A stretch of DNA of 64,000 nucleotides from Yuukianura sp. NJ FZ-2021 (lineage: Eukaryota). A model generated the notes under the pieces. The model saw only the letters and a program-made list of their open reading frames with translations. It was not told where the DNA came from and did not search any database. Shown piece after piece: positions 23,001-39,068 of the stretch; the first letter of the stretch is position 1; each line of letters begins with the position of its first letter. The position numbers and the translations under genes are program-made. Location: positions 1,116,001 to 1,180,000 of the forward strand of contig JAJCTO010000010.1 of NCBI GenBank assembly GCA_046563655.1, read 5' to 3'.

Positions 23001-26000
23001 TGTCTACTCATTTTCGAAAATTTGTTGAATTAGAAACGGGGTTATGAACTGCTCGGCACTCTTTTCTGTTATCGTCGAAGGAAGATTATCGGTACAACGT
23101 ATTTTACCACAGAGAAATCCCCGCTGCTACAAGTGGCAGGTCTGACTGATATCCAAATTTATAGTAGCCACCATAGCCTCCATGAGAAGGAGCAAGCAGA
23201 TACTTTGAAAGCAATCTGGTACTAGAGAACGGTGTGATCAACAAAATGTGTAATGTCTACTCATTTTCGAAAATTTGTTGAATTAGAAACGGGGTGATGA
23301 ACTGCTCAGCACTCTTTTCTGTTATCGTCGTAGGAAGATTATCGGTACAACGTATTTTACCACAGAGAAATCCCCGCTGCTACAAGTGGCAGCTCTGACT
23401 GACATACAAATTTATAGTAGCCACCATAGCCTCCATGAGAAGGAGCAAGCAGATACTTTGAAAGCAATCTTGTACTTGAGAACGGTGTGATCAACAAAAT
23501 GTGTAATGTCTACTCATTTTCGAAAATTTGTTGAATTAGAAACGGGGTGATGAACTGCTCAGCACTCTTTTCTGTTATCGTCGTAGGAAGATTATCGGTA
23601 CAACGTATTTTACCACAGAGAAATCCCCGCTGCTACAAGTGGCAGCTCTGACTGACATACAAATTTATAGTAGCCACCATAGCCTCCATGAGAAGGAGCA
23701 AACAGATATTTTGAAAGCATTCTTGTACAAGAGAACGGTGTGATTAACAAAATGTGTAATTTCTACTCATTTTCGAAAATTTGTTGATTTAGTTGCTTGG
23801 TTATGAACTGCTTGGCACTCTTTTCTGTTATCCTCGAAGGAAGATTATCGGTACAACGTATTTTACCACAGAGAAATCCCCGCTGCTACAAGTGGCAGCT
23901 CTGACTGACATACAAAGTTAAAGTAGCCACCATAGCCTCCATGAGAAGGTGCAAACAGATACTCTGAAAGCAATCTTGTACTAGAGAACGGTGTGATCAA
24001 CAAAATGTGTAATGTCTACTCATTTTCGAAAATTTGTTGAATTAGAAACGGAGTGATGAACTGCTCAGCACTCTTTTCTGTTATCGTCGTAGGAAGATTA
24101 TCGGTACAACGTATTTTACCACAGAGAAATCCCCGCTGCTACAAGTGGCAGCTCTGACTGACATACAAAGTTAAAGTAGCCACCATAGCCTCCATGAGAA
24201 GGTGCAAACAGATACTTTGAAAGCAATCTTGTACTAGAGAACGGTGTGATCAACAAAATGTGTAATGTCTACTCATTTTCGAAAATTTGTTGAATTAGAA
24301 ACGGGGTTATGAACTGCTCGGCACTCTTTTCTGTTATCGTCGAAGGAAGATTATCGGTACAACGTATTTTACCACAGAGAAATCCCCGCTGCTACAAGTG
24401 GCAGGTCTGACTGATATCCAAATTTATAGTAGCCACCATAGCCTCCATGAGAAGGAGCAAGCAGATACTTTGAAAGCAATCTGGTACTAGAGAACGGTGT
24501 GATCAACAAAATGTGTAATGTCTACTCATTTTCGAAAATTTGTTGAATTAGAAACGGGGTGATGAACTGCTCAGCACTCTTTTCTGTTATCGTCGAAGGA
24601 AGATTATCGGTACAACGTATTTTACCACAGAGAAATCCCCGCTGCTACAAGTGGCAGGTCTGACTGATATCCAAATTTATAGTAGCCACCATAGCCTCCA
24701 TGAGAAGGAGCAAGCAGATACTTTGAAAGCAATCTTGTACTAGAGAAAGGTGTGATCAACAAAATGTGTAATGTCTACTCATTTTCGAAAATTTGTTGAA
24801 TTAGAAACGGGGTGATGAACTGCTCAGCACTCTTTTCTGTTATCGTCGTAGGAAGATTATCGGTACAACGTATTTTACCACAGAGAAATCCCCGCTGCTA
24901 CAAGTGGCAGCTCTGACTGACATACAAATTTATAGTAGCCACCATAGCCTCCATGAGAAGGAGCAAACAGATATTTTGAAAGCATTCTTGTACAAGAGAA
25001 CGGTGTGATCAACAAAATGTGTAATTTCTACTCATTTTCGAAAATTTGTTGATTTAGAAACGGGGTGATGAACTGCTCGGCACTCTTTTCTGTTATCGTC
25101 GAAGGAAGATTATCGGTACAACGTATTTTACCACAGAGAAATCCCCGCTGCTACAAGTGGCAGCTCTGACTGACATACAAAGTTAAAGTAGCCACCATAG
25201 CCTCCATGAGAAGATGCAAACAGATACTTTGAAAGCAATCTTGTACTAGAGAACGGTGTGATCAACAAAATGTGTAATGTCTACTCATTTTCGAAAATTT
25301 GTTGAATTAGAAACGGGGTTATGAACTGCTCGGCACTCTTTTCTGTTATCGTCGAAGGAAGATTATCGGTACAACGTATTTTACCACAGAGAAATCCCCG
25401 CTGCTACAAGTGGCAGCTCTGACTGACATACAAATTTATAGTAGCCACCATAGCCTCCATGAGAAGGAGCAAACAGATATTTTGAAAGCATTCTTGTACA
25501 AGAGAACGGTGTGATTAACAAAATGTGTAATTTCTACTCATTTCCGAAAATTTGTTGAGTTAGTTGCTTGGTTATGAACTGCTTGGCACTCTTTTCTGGT
25601 ATCCTCGAAGGAAGATTATCGGTACAACGTATTTTACCACAGAGAAATCCCCGCTGCTACAAGTGGCAGGTATGACTGATATCCAAATTTATAGTAGCCA
25701 CCATAGCCTCCATGAGAAGGAGCAAGCAGATACTTTGAAAGCAATCTTGTACTAGAGAACGGTGTGATCAACAAAATGTGTAATGTCTACTCATTTTCGA
25801 AAATTTGTTGAATTAGAAACGGGGTGATGAACTGCTCAGCACTCTTTTCTGTTATCGTCGTAGGAAGATTATCGGTACAACGTATTTTACCACAGAGAAA
25901 TCCCCGCTGCTACAAGTGGCAGCTCTGACTGACATACAAATTTATAGTAGCCACCATAGCCTCCATGAGAAGGAGCAAACAGATATTTTGAAAGCATTCT

Positions 26001-29000
26001 TGTACAAGAGAACGGTGTGATTAACAAAATGTGTAATTTCTACTCATTTTCGAAAATTTGTTGATTTAGTTGCTTGGTTATGAACTGCTTGGCACTCTTT
26101 TCTGTTATCCTCGAAGGAAGATTATCGGTACAACGTATTTTACCACAGAGAAATCCCCGCTGCTACAAGTGGCAGCTCTGACTGACATACAAAGTTAAAG
26201 TAGCCACCATAGCCTCCATGAGAAGGTGCAAACAGATACTCTGAAAGCAATCTTGTACTAGAGAACGGTGTGATCAACAAAATGTGTAATGTCTACTCAT
26301 TTTCGAAACTTTGTTGAATTAGAAACGGAGTGATGAACTGCTCAGCACTCTTTTCTGTTATCGTCGTAGGAAGATTATCGGTACAACGTATTTTACCACA
26401 GAGAAATCCCCGCTGCTACAAGTGGCAGCTCTGACTGACATACAAAGTTAAAGTAGCCACCATAGCCTCCATGAGAAGGTGCAAACAGATACTTTGAAAG
26501 CAATCTTGTACTAGAGAACGGTGTGATCAACAAAATGTGTAATGTCTACTCATTTTCGAAAATTTGTTGAATTAGAAACGGGGTTATGAACTGCTCGGCA
26601 CTCTTTTCTGTTATCGTCGAAGGAAGATTATCGGTACAACGTATTTTACCACAGAGAAATCCCCGCTGCTACAAGTGGCAGGTCTGACTGATATCCAAAT
26701 TTATAGTAGCCACCATAGCCTCCATGAGAAGGAGCAAGCAGATACTTTGAAAGCAATCTGGTACTAGAGAACGGTGTGATCAACAAAATGTGTAATGTCT
26801 ACTCATTTTCGAAAATTTGTTGAATTAGAAACGGGGTGATGAACTGCTCAGCACTCTTTTCTGTTATCGTCGAAGGAAGATTATCGGTACAACGTATTTT
26901 ACCACAGAGAAATCCCCGCTGCTACAAGTGGCAGGTCTGACTGATATCCAAATTTATAGTAGCCACCATAGCCTCCATGAGAAGGAGCAAGCAGATACTT
27001 TGAAAGCAATCTTGTACTAGAGAAAGGTGTGATCAACAAAATGTGTAATGTCTACTCATTTTCGAAAATTTGTTGAATTAGAAACGGGGTGATGAACTGC
27101 TCAGCACTCTTTTCTGTTATCGTCGTAGGAAGATTATCGGTACAACGTATTTTACCACAGAGAAATCCCCGCTGCTACAAGTGGCAGCTCTGACTGACAT
27201 ACAAATTTATAGTAGCCACCATAGCCTCCATGAGAAGGAGCAAACAGATATTTTGAAAGCATTCTTGTACAAGAGAACGGTGTGATTAACAAAATGTGTA
27301 ATTTCTACTCATTTTCGAAAATTTGTTGAATTAGAAACGGGGTGATGAACTGCTCAGCACTCTTTTCTGTTATCGTCGTAGGAAGATTATCGGTACAACG
27401 TATTTTACCACAGAGAAATCCCCGCTGCTACAAGTGGCAGCTCTGACTGACATACAAAGTTAAAGTAGCCACCATAGCCTCCATGAGAAGGTGCAAACAG
27501 ATACTTTGAAAGCAATCTTGTACAATAGAACGGTGTGATCAACAAAATGTGTAATTTCTACTCATTTTCGAAAATTTGTTGATTTAGAAACGGGGTGATG
27601 AACTGCTCGGCACTCTTTTCTGTTATCGTCGAAGGAAGATTATCGGTACAACGTATTTTACCACAGAGAAATCCCCGCTGCTACAAGTGGCAGCTCTGAC
27701 TGACATACAAAGTTAAAGTAGCCACCATAGCCTCCATGAGAAGGTGCAAACAGATACTTTGAAAGCAATCTTGTACTAGAGAACGGTGTGATCAACAAAA
27801 TGTGTAATGTCTACTCATTTTCGAAAATTTGTTGAATTAGAAACGGGGTTATGAACTGCTCGGCACTCTTTTCTGTTATCGTCGAAGGAAGATTATCGGT
27901 ACAACGTATTTTACCACAGAGAAATCCCCGCTGCTACAAGTGGCAGCTCTGACTGACATACAAATTTATAGTAGCCACCATAGCCTCCATGAGAAGGAGC
28001 AAACAGATATTTTGAAAGCATTCTTGTACAAGAGAACGGTGTGATTAACAAAATGTGTAATTTCTACTCATTTCCGAAAATTTGTTGAGTTAGTTGCTTG
28101 GTTATGAACTGCTTGGCACTCTTTTCTGGTATCCTCGAAGGAAGATTATCGGTACAACGTATTTTACCACAGAGAAATCCCCGCTGCTACAAGTGGCAGG
28201 TATGACTGATATCCAAATTTATAGTAGCCACCATAGCCTCCATGAGAAGGAGCAAGCAGATACTTTGAAAGCAATCTTGTACTAGAGAACGGTGTGATCA
28301 ACAAAATGTGTAATGTCTACTCATTTTCGAAAATTTGTTGAATTAGAAACGGGGTGATGAACTACTCAGCACCCTTTTCTGTTATCGTCGTAGGAAGATT
28401 ATCGGTACAACGTATTTTACCACAGAGAAATCCCCGCTGCTACAAGTGGCAGCTCTGACTGACATACAAATTTATAGTAGCCACCAAAGCCTCCATGAGA
28501 AGGAGCAAACAGATATTTTGAAAGCATTCTTGTACAAGAGAACGGTGTGATTAACAAAATGTGTAATTTCTACTCATTTTCGAAAATTTGTTGATTTAGT
28601 TGCTTGGTTATGAACTGCTTGGCACTCTTTTCTGTTATCCTCGAAGGAAGATTATCGGTACAACGTATTTTACCACAGAGAAATCCCCGCTGGTACAAGT
28701 GGCAGGTCTGACTGACATACAAACTTATAGTAGCCACAATAGCCTCCACGAGAAGGAGCAAACAGATATTTTGAAAGCAATCTTGTACAATAGAACGGTG
28801 TGATCAACAAAATGTGTAATTTCTACTCATTTTCGAAAATTTGTTGAACTAGAAACAGGGTGATGAACTGCTCAGCACTCTTTTCTGTTATCGTCGTAGG
28901 AAGATTATCGGTACAACGTATTTTACCACAGAGAAATCCCCGCTGCTACATGTGGCAGCTCTGCCTGACATACAAATTTATAGTAGCCACCATAGCCTCC

Positions 29001-32000
29001 ATGAGAAGGAGCAAACAGATATTTTGAAAGCATTCTTGTACAAGAGAACGGTGTGATTAACAAAATGTGTAATTTCTACTCATTTTCGAAAATTTGTTGA
29101 TTTAGTTGCTTGGTTATGAACTGCTTGGCACTCTTTTCTGTTATCCTCGAAGGAAGATTATCGCTACAACGTATTTTACCACAGAGAAATCCCCGCTGCT
29201 ACAAGTGGCAGCTCTCACTGACATACAAACTTATTGTAGCCACCATAGCCTCCATGAGAAGGAGCAAAGAGATATTTTGAAAGCAATCTTGTACTAGAGG
29301 ACGGTGTGATCAACAAAATGTGTAATGTCTACTCATTTTCGAAAATTTGTTGAATTAGAAACGGGGTGATGAACTGCTCTTCACTCTTTTCTGTTATCGT
29401 CGAAGGAAGCTTATCGGTACAACGTATTTTACCAAAGAAAAATAACCGCTGCTACAAGTGGCAGCTCTGACTGACATACAAACTTATTGTAGCCACCATA
29501 GCCTCCATGAGAAGGTGCAAAGAGATATTTTGAAAGCAATCTGGTACTAGAGAACGGTGTGATCAACAAAATGTGTAATGTCTACTCATTTTCGAAAATT
29601 TGTTGAATTAGAAACGGGGTTATGAACTGCTCGGCACTCTTTTCTGTTATCGTCGAAGGAAGATTATCGGTACAACGTATTTTACCACAGAGAAATCCCC
29701 GCTGCTACAAGTGGCAGCTCTGACTGGCATACAAAGTTAAAGTAGCCACCATAGCCTCCATGAGAAGGTGCAAACAGATACTTTGAAAGCAATCTTGTAC
29801 TAGAGAACGGTGTGATCAACAAAATGTGTAATGTCTACTCATTTTCGAAAATTTGTTGAATTAGAAACGGGGTTATGAACTGCTCGGCACTCTTTTCTGT
29901 TATCGTCGAAGGAAGATTATCGGTACAACGTATTTTACCACAGAGAAATCCCCGCTGCTACAAGTGGCAGCTCTGACTGACATACAAATTTATAGTAGCC
30001 ACCATAGCCTCCATGAGAAGGAGCAAACAGATATTTTGAAAGCATTCTTGTACAAGAGAACGGTGTGATTAACAAAATGTGTAATTTCTACTCATTTCCG
30101 AAAATTTGTTGAGTTAGTTGCTTGGTTATGAACTGCTTGGCACTCTTTTCTGGTATCCTCGAAGGAAGATTATCGGTACAACGTATTTTACCACAGAGAA
30201 ATCCCCGCTGCTACAAGTGGCAGGTGTGACTGATATCCAAATTTATAGTAGCCACCATAGCCTCCATGAGAAGGAGCAAGCAGATACTTTGAAAGCAATC
30301 TTGTACTAGAGAACGGTGTGATCAACAAAATGTGTAATGTCTACTCATTTTCGAAAATTTGTTGAATTAGAAACGGGGTGATGAACTACTCAGCACCCTT
30401 TTCTGTTATCGTCGTAGGAAGATTATCGGTACAACGTATTTTACCACAGAGAAATCCCCGCTGCTACAAGTGGCAGCTCTGACTGACATACAAATTTATA
30501 GTAGCCACCAAAGCCTCCATGAGAAGGAGCAAACAGATATTTTGAAAGCATTCTTGTACAAGAGAACGGTGTGATTAACAAAATGTGTAATTTCTACTCA
30601 TTTTCGAAAATTTGTTAATTTAGTTGCTTGGTTATGAACTGCTTGGCACTCTTTTCTGTTATCCTCGAAGGAAGATTATCGGTACAACGTATTTTACCAC
30701 AGAGAAATCCCCGCTGGTACAAGTGGCAGGTCTGACTGACATACAAACTTATAGTAGCCACAATAGCCTCCACGAGAAGGAGCAAACAGATATTTTGAAA
30801 GCAATCTTGTACAATAGAACGGTGTGATCAACAAAATGTGTAATTTCTACTCATTTTCGAAAATTTGTTGAACTAGAAACAGGGTGATGAACTGCTCAGC
30901 ACTCTTTTCTGTTATCGTCGTAGGAAGATTATCGGTACAACGTATTTTACCACAGAGAAATCCCCGCTGCTACATGTGGCAGCTCTGCCTGACATACAAA
31001 TTTATAGTAGCCACCATAGCCTCCATGAGAAGGAGCAAACAGATATTTTGAAAGCATTCTTGTACAAGAGAACGGTGTGATTAACAAAATGTGTAATTTC
31101 TACTCATTTTCGAAAATTTGTTGATTTAGTTGCTTGGTTATGAACTGCTTGGCACTCTTTTCTGTTATCCTCGAAGGAAGATTATCGCTACAACGTATTT
31201 TACCACAGAGAAATCCCCGCTGCTACAAGTGGCAGCTCTCACTGACATACAAACTTATTGTAGCCACCATAGCCTCCATGAGAAGGAGCAAAGAGATATT
31301 TTGAAAGCAATCTTGTACTAGAGGACGGTGTGATCAACAAAATGTGTAATGTCTACTCATTTTCGAAAATTTGTTGAATTAGAAACGGGGTGATGAACTG
31401 CTCTTCACTCTTTTCTGTTATCGTCGAAGGAAGCTTATCGGTACAACGTATTTTACCAAAGAAAAATAACCGCTGCTACAAGTGGCAGCTCTGACTGACA
31501 TACAAACTTATTGTAGCCACCATAGCCTCCATGAGAAGGTGCAAAGAGATATTTTGAAAGCAATCTTGTACTAGAGAACGGTGTGATCAACAAAATGTGT
31601 AATGTCTACTCATTTTCGAAAATTTGTTGAATTAGAAACGGGGTTATGAACTGCTCGGCACTCTTTTCTGTTATCGTCGAAGGAAGATTATCGGTACAAC
31701 GTATTTTACCACAGAGAAATCCCCGCTGCTACAAGTGGCAGGTCTGACTGATATCCAAATTTATAGTAGCCACCATAGCCTCCATGAGAAGGAGCAAGCA
31801 GATACTTTGAAAGCAATCTGGTACTAGAGAACGGTGTGATCAACAAAATGTGTAATGTCTACTCATTTTCGAAAATTTGTTGAATTAGAAACGGGGTGAT
31901 GAACTGCTCAGCACTCTTTTCTGTTATCGTCGAAGGAAGATTATCGGTACAACGTATTTTACCACAGAGAAATCCCCGCTGCTACAAGTGGCAGGTCTGA

Positions 32001-35000
32001 CTGATATCCAAATTTATAGTAGCCACCATAGCCTCCATGAGAAGGAGCAAGCAGATACTTTGAAAGCAATCTTGTACTAGAGAACGGTGTGATCAACAAA
32101 ATGTGTAATGTCTACTCATTTTCGAAAATTTGTTGAATTAGAAACGGGGTGATGAACTACTCAGCACCCTTTTCTGTTATCGTCGTAGGAAGATTATCGG
32201 TACAACGTATTTTACCACAGAGAAATCCCCGCTGCTACAAGTGGCAGCTCTGACTGACATACAAATTTATAGTAGCCACCAAAGCCTCCATGAGAAGGAG
32301 CAAACAGATATTTTGAAAGCATTCTTGTACAAGAGAACGGTGTGATTAACAAAATGTGTAATTTCTACTCATTTTCGAAAATTTGTTGATTTAGTTGCTT
32401 GGTTATGAACTGCTTGGCACTCTTTTCTGTTATCCTCGAAGGAAGATTATCGGTACAACGTATTTTACCACAGAGAAATCCCCGCTGCTACAAGTGGCAG
32501 CTCTCACTGACATACAAACTTATTGTAGCCACCATAGCCTCCATGAGAAGGAGCAAAGAGATATTTTGAAAGCAATCTTGTACTAGAGGACGGTGTGATC
32601 AACAAAATGTGTAATGTCTACTCATTTTCGAAAATTTGTTGAATTAGAAACGGGGTGATGAACTGCTCGGCACTCTTTTCTGTTATCGTCGAAGGAAGAT
32701 TATCGGTACAACGTATTTTACCAAAGAAAAATAACCGCTGCTACAAGTGGCAGCTCTCACTGACATACAAACTTATTGTAGCCACCATAGCCTCCATGAG
32801 AAGGAGCAAACAGATATTTTGAAAGCATTCTAGTACAAGAGGACGGTGTGATCAACAAAATGTGTAATGTCTACTCATTTTCGAAAATTTGTTGAATTAG
32901 AAACGGGGTGATGAACTGCTCTTCACTCTTTTCTGTTATCGTCGAAGGAAGCTTATCGGTACAACGTATTTTACCAAAGAAAAATAACCGCTGCTACAAG
33001 TGGCAGCTCTCACTGACATACAAACTTATTGTAGCCACCATAGCCTCCATGAGAAGGAGCAAAGAGATATTTTGAAAGCAATCTTGTACTAGAGAACGGT
33101 GTGATCAACAAAATGTGTAATGTCTACTCATTTTCGAAAATTTGTTGAATTAGAAACGGGGTGATGAACTGCTCAGCACTCTTTTCTGTTATCGTCGTAG
33201 GAAGATTATCGGTACAACGTATTTTACCACAGAGAAATCCCCGCTGCTACAAGTGGCAGCTCTGAATGACATGTAAACTTATAGTAGCCAACATAGCGTC
33301 CATGAGAAGGAGCAAACAGATATTTTGAAAGCAATCTTGTACTAGAGAACGGTGTGATCAACAAAATGTGTAATTTCTACTCATTTTCGAAAATTTGTTG
33401 AATTAGAAACGGGGTGATGAACTGCTCGGCACTCTTTTCTGTTATCGTCGTAGGAAAATCATCGGCACAACGTATTTTACCACAGAGAAATCCCCGCTGC
33501 TACAAGCGGCAGCTCTGACTGACATACAAACTTATAGTAGCCACCATAGCCTCCATGAGAAGGAGCAAACAGATATTTTGAAAGCATTCTAGTACTAGAG
33601 AACGGTGTGATCAACAAAATGTGTAATGTCTACTCATTTTCGAAAATTTGTTGAAATAGAAACGGGGTGATGAACTGCTCGGCACTCTTTTCTGTTATCG
33701 TCGAAGGAAGATTATCGGTACAACGTATTTTACCAAAGAAAAATAACCGCTGCTACAAGTGGCAGCTCTCACTGACATACAAACTTATAGTAGCCACCAT
33801 AGCCTCCATGAGAAGGAGCAAGCAGATACTTTGAAAGCAATCTTGTACTAGAGAACGGTGTGATCAACAAAATGTGTAATTTCTACTCATTTTCGAAAAT
33901 TTGTTAATTTAGTTGCTTGGTTATGAACTGCTTGGCACTCTTTTCTGTTATCCTCGAAGGAAGATTATCGGTACAACGTATTTTACCACAGAGAAACCCC
34001 GCTGCTACAAGTGGCAGGTCTGACTGACATACAAACTTATAGTAGCCACAATAGCCTCCATGAGAAGGAGCAAGCAGATATTTTGAAAGCAATCTTGTAG
34101 TAGAGAACGGTGTGATCAACAAAATGTGTAATGTCTACTCATTTTCAAAAATTTGTTGAATTAGAAACGGGGTGATGAACTGCTCGGCACTCTTTTCTGT
34201 TATCGTCGAAGGAAGATTATCGGTTCAACGTATTTTACCACAGAGAAATCCCCGCTGCTACAAGCGGCAGCTCTGAATGACATACAAACTTATAGTAGCC
34301 ACCATAGCCTCCATGAGAAGGAGCAAACAGATATTTTGAAAGCATTCTAGTACAAGAGAACGGTGTGATCAACAAAATGTGTAATTTCTACTCATTTTCG
34401 AAAATTTGTTGAATTAGAAACGGGGTGATGAACTGCTCGGCACTCTTTTCTGTTATCGTCGAAGGAAGATTATCGGTACAACGTATTTTACCAAAGAAAA
34501 ATAACCGCTGCTACAAGTGGCAGCTCTCACTGACATACAAACTTATTGTAGCCACCATAGCCTCCATGAGAAAGAGCAAAGAGATATTTTGAAAGCAATC
34601 TTGTACTAGAGGACGGTGTGATCAACAAAATGTGTAATGTCTACTCATTTTCGAAAATTTGTTGAATTAGAAACGGGGTGATGAACTGCTCGGCACTCTT
34701 TTCTGTTATCGTCGAAGGAAGATTATCGGTACAACGTATTTTACCAAAGAAAAATAACCGCTGCTACAAGTGGCAGCTCTCACTGACATACAAACTTATT
34801 GTAGCCACCATAGCCTCCATGAGAAGGAGCAAACAGATATTTTGAAAGCATTCTAGTACAAGAGGACGGTGTGATCAACAAAATGTGTAATGTCTACTCA
34901 TTTTCGAAAATTTGTTGAATTAGAAACGGGGTGATGAACTGCTCTTCACTCTTTTCTGTTATCGACGAAGGAAGCTTATCGGTACAACGTATTTTACCAA

Positions 35001-38000
35001 AGAAAAATAACCGCTGCTACAAGTGGCAGCTCTCACTGACATACAAACTTATTGTAGCCAGCATAGCCTCCATGAGAAGGAGCAAAGAGATATTTTGAAA
35101 GCAATCTTGTACTAGAGAACGGTGTGATCAACAAAATGTGTAATGTCTACTCATTTTCGAAAATTTGTTGAATTAGAAACGGGGTGATGAACTGCTCAGC
35201 ACTCTTTTCTGTTATCGTCGTAGGAAGATTATCGGTACAACGTATTTTACCACAGAGAAATCCCCGCTGCTACAAGTGGCAGCTCTGAATGACATGCAAA
35301 CTTATAGTAGCCAACATAGCGTCCATGAGAAGGAGCAAACAGATATTTTGAAAGCAATCTTGTACTAGAGAACGGTGTGATCAACAAAATGTGTAATTTC
35401 TACTCATTTTCGAAAATTTGTTGAATTAGAAACGGGGTGATGAACTGCTCAGCACTCTTTTCTGTTATCGTCGTAGGAAGATTATCGGTACAACGTATTT
35501 TACCACAGAGCAATCCCCGCTGCTACAAGTGGCAGCTCTGAATGACATGCAAACTTATAGTAGCCACCATAGCCTCCATGAGAAAGAGCAAAGAGATATT
35601 TTGAAAGCAATCTTGTACTAGAGGACGGTGTGATCAACAAAATGTGTAATGTCTACTCATTTTCGAAAATTTGTTGAATTAGAAACGGGGTGATGAACTG
35701 CTCGGCACTCTTTTCTGTTATCGTCGAAGGAAGATTATCGGTACAACGTATTTTACCAAAGAAAAATAACCGCTGCTACAAGTGGCAGCTCTCACTGACA
35801 TACAAACTTATTGTAGCCACCATAGCCTCCATGAGAAGGAGCAAACAGATATTTTGAAAGCATTCTAGTACAAGAGGACGGTGTGATCAACAAAATGTGT
35901 AATGTCTACTCATTTTCGAAAATTTGTTGAATTAGAAACGGGGTGATGAACTGCTCTTCACTCTTTTCTGTTATCGACGAAGGAAGCTTATCGGTACAAC
36001 GTATTTTACCAAAGAAAAATAACCGCTGCTACAAGTGGCAGCTCTCACTGACATACAAACTTATTGTAGCCAGCATAGCCTCCATGAGAAGGAGCAAAGA
36101 GATATTTTGAAAGCAATCTTGTACTAGAGAACGGTGTGATCAACAAAATGTGTAATGTCTACTCATTTTCGAAAATTTGTTGAATTAGAAACGGGGTGAT
36201 GAACTGCTCAGCACTCTTTTCTGTTATCGTCGTAGGAAGATTATCGGTACAACGTATTTTACCACAGAGAAATCCCCGCTGCTACAAGTGGCAGCTCTGA
36301 ATGACATGCAAACTTATAGTAGCCAACATAGCGTCCATGAGAAGGAGCAAACAGATATTTTGAAAGCAATCTTGTACTAGAGAACGGTGTGATCAACAAA
36401 ATGTGTAATTTCTACTCATTTTCGAAAATTTGTTGAATTAGAAACGGGGTGATGAACTGCTCGGCACTCTTTTCTGTTATCGTCGAGGGAAGATTATCGG
36501 TTCAACGTATTTTACCACAGAGAAATCCCCGCTGCTACAAGCGGCAGCTCTGACTGACATACAAACTTATAGTAGCCACCATAGCCTCCATGAGAAGGAG
36601 CAAACAGATATTTTGAAAGCATTCTAGTACTAGAGAACGGTGTGATCAACAAAATGTGTAATGTCTACTCATTTTCGAAAATTTGTTGAAATAGAAACGG
36701 GGTGATGAACTGCTCGGCACTCTTTTCTGTTATCGTCGAAGGAAGATTATCGGTACAACGTATTTTACCAAAGAAAAATAACCGCTGCTACAAGTGGCAG
36801 CTCTCACTGACATACAAACTTATTGTAGCCACCATAGCCTCCATGAGAAGGAGCAAACAGATATTTTGAAAGCATTCTAGTACAAGAGGACGGTGTGATC
36901 AACAAAATGTGTAATGTCTACTCATTTTCGAAAATTTGTTGAATTAGAAACGGGGTGATGAACTGCTCTTCACTCTTTTCTGTTATCGACGAAGGAAGCT
37001 TATCGGTACAACGTATTTTACCAAAGAAAAATAACCGCTGCTACAAGTGGCAGCTCTCACTGACATACAAACTTATTGTAGCCAGCATAGCCTCCATGAG
37101 AAGGAGCAAAGAGATATTTTGAAAGCAATCTTGTACTAGAGAACGGTGTGATCAACAAAATGTGTAATGTCTACTCATTTTCGAAAATTTGTTGAATTAG
37201 AAACGGGGTGATGAACTGCTCAGCACTCTTTTCTGTTATCGTCGTAGGAAGATTATCGGTACAACGTATTTTACCACAGAGCAATCCCCGCTGCTACAAG
37301 TGGCAGCTCTGAATGACATGCAAACTTATAGTAGCCAACATAGCGTCCATGAGAAGGAGCAAACAGATATTTTGAAAGCAATCTTGTACTAGAGAACGGT
37401 GTGATCAACAAAATGTGTAATTTCTACTCATTTTCGAAAATTTGTTGAATTAGAAACGGGGTGATGAACTGCTCGGCACTCTTTTCTGTTATCGTCGAGG
37501 GAAGATTATCGGTTCAACGTATTTTACCACAGAGAAATCCCCGCTGCTACAAGCGGCAGCTCTGACTGACATACAAACTTATAGTAGCCACCATAGCCTC
37601 CATGAGAAGGAGCAAACAGATATTTTGAAAGCATTCTAGTACTAGAGAACGGTGTGATCAACAAAATGTGTAATGTCTACTCATTTTCGAAAATTTGTTG
37701 AAATAGAAACGGGGTGATGAACTGCTCGGCACTCTTTTCTGTTATCGTCGAAGGAAGATTATCGGTACAACGTATTTTACCAAAGAAAAATAACCGCTGC
37801 TACAAGTGGCAGCTCTCACTGACATACAAACTTATTGTAGCCACCATAGCCTCCATGAGAAGGAGCAAACAGATATTTTGAAAGCATTCTAGTACAAGAG
37901 GACGGTGTGATCAACAAAATGTGTAATGTCTACTCATTTTCGAAAATTTGTTGAATTAGAAACGGGGTGATGAACTGCTCGGCACTCTTTTCTGTTATCG

Positions 38001-39068
38001 TCGAAGGAAGATTATCGGTACAACGTATTTTACCAAAGAAAAATAACCGCTGCTACAAGTGGCAGCTCTCACTGACATACAAACTTATTGTAGCCACCAT
38101 AGCCTCCATGAGAAGGAGCAAAGAGATATTTTGAAAGCAATCTTGTACTAGAGGACGGTGTGATCAACAAAATGTGTAATGTCTACTCATTTTCGAAAAT
38201 TTGTTGAATTAGAAACGGGGTGATGAACTGCTCGGCACTCTTTTCTGTTATCGTCGAAGGAAGATTATCGGTACAACGTATTTTACCAAAGAAAAATAAC
38301 CGCTGCTACAAGTGGCAGCTCTCACTGACATACAAACTTATTGTAGCCACCATAGCCTCCATGAGAAGGAGCAAACAGATATTTTGAAAGCATTCTAGTA
38401 CAAGAGGACGGTGTGATCAACAAAATGTGTAATGTCTACTCATTTTCGAAAATTTGTTGAATTAGAAACGGGGTGGTGAACTGCTCTTCACTCTTTTCTG
38501 TTATCGTCGAAGGAAGCTTATCGGTACAACGTATTTTACCAAAGAAAAATAACCGCTGCTACAAGTGGCAGCTCTCACTGACATACAAACTTATTGTAGC
38601 CACCATAGCCTCCATGAGAAGGAGCAAAGAGATATTTTGAAAGCAATCTTTTACTAGAGAACGGTGTGATCAACAAAATGTGTAATGTCTACTCATTTTC
38701 GAAAATTTGTTGAATTAGAAACGGGGTGATGAACTGCTCAGCACTCTTTTCTGTTATCGTCGTAGGAAGATTATCGGTACAACGTATTTTACCACAGAGA
38801 AATCCCCGCTGCTACAAGTGGCAGCTCTGAATGACATGCAAACTTATAGTAGCCAACATAGCGTCCATGAGAAGGAGCAAACAGATATTTTGAAAGCAAT
38901 CTTGTACTAGAGAACGGTGTGATCAACAAAATGTGTAATTTCTACTCATTTTCGAAAATTTGTTGAATTAGAAACGGGGTTATGAACTGCTCGGCACTCT
39001 TTTCTGTTATCGTCGAGGGAAGATTATCGGTTCAACGTATTTTACCACAGAGAAATCCCCGCTGCTAC

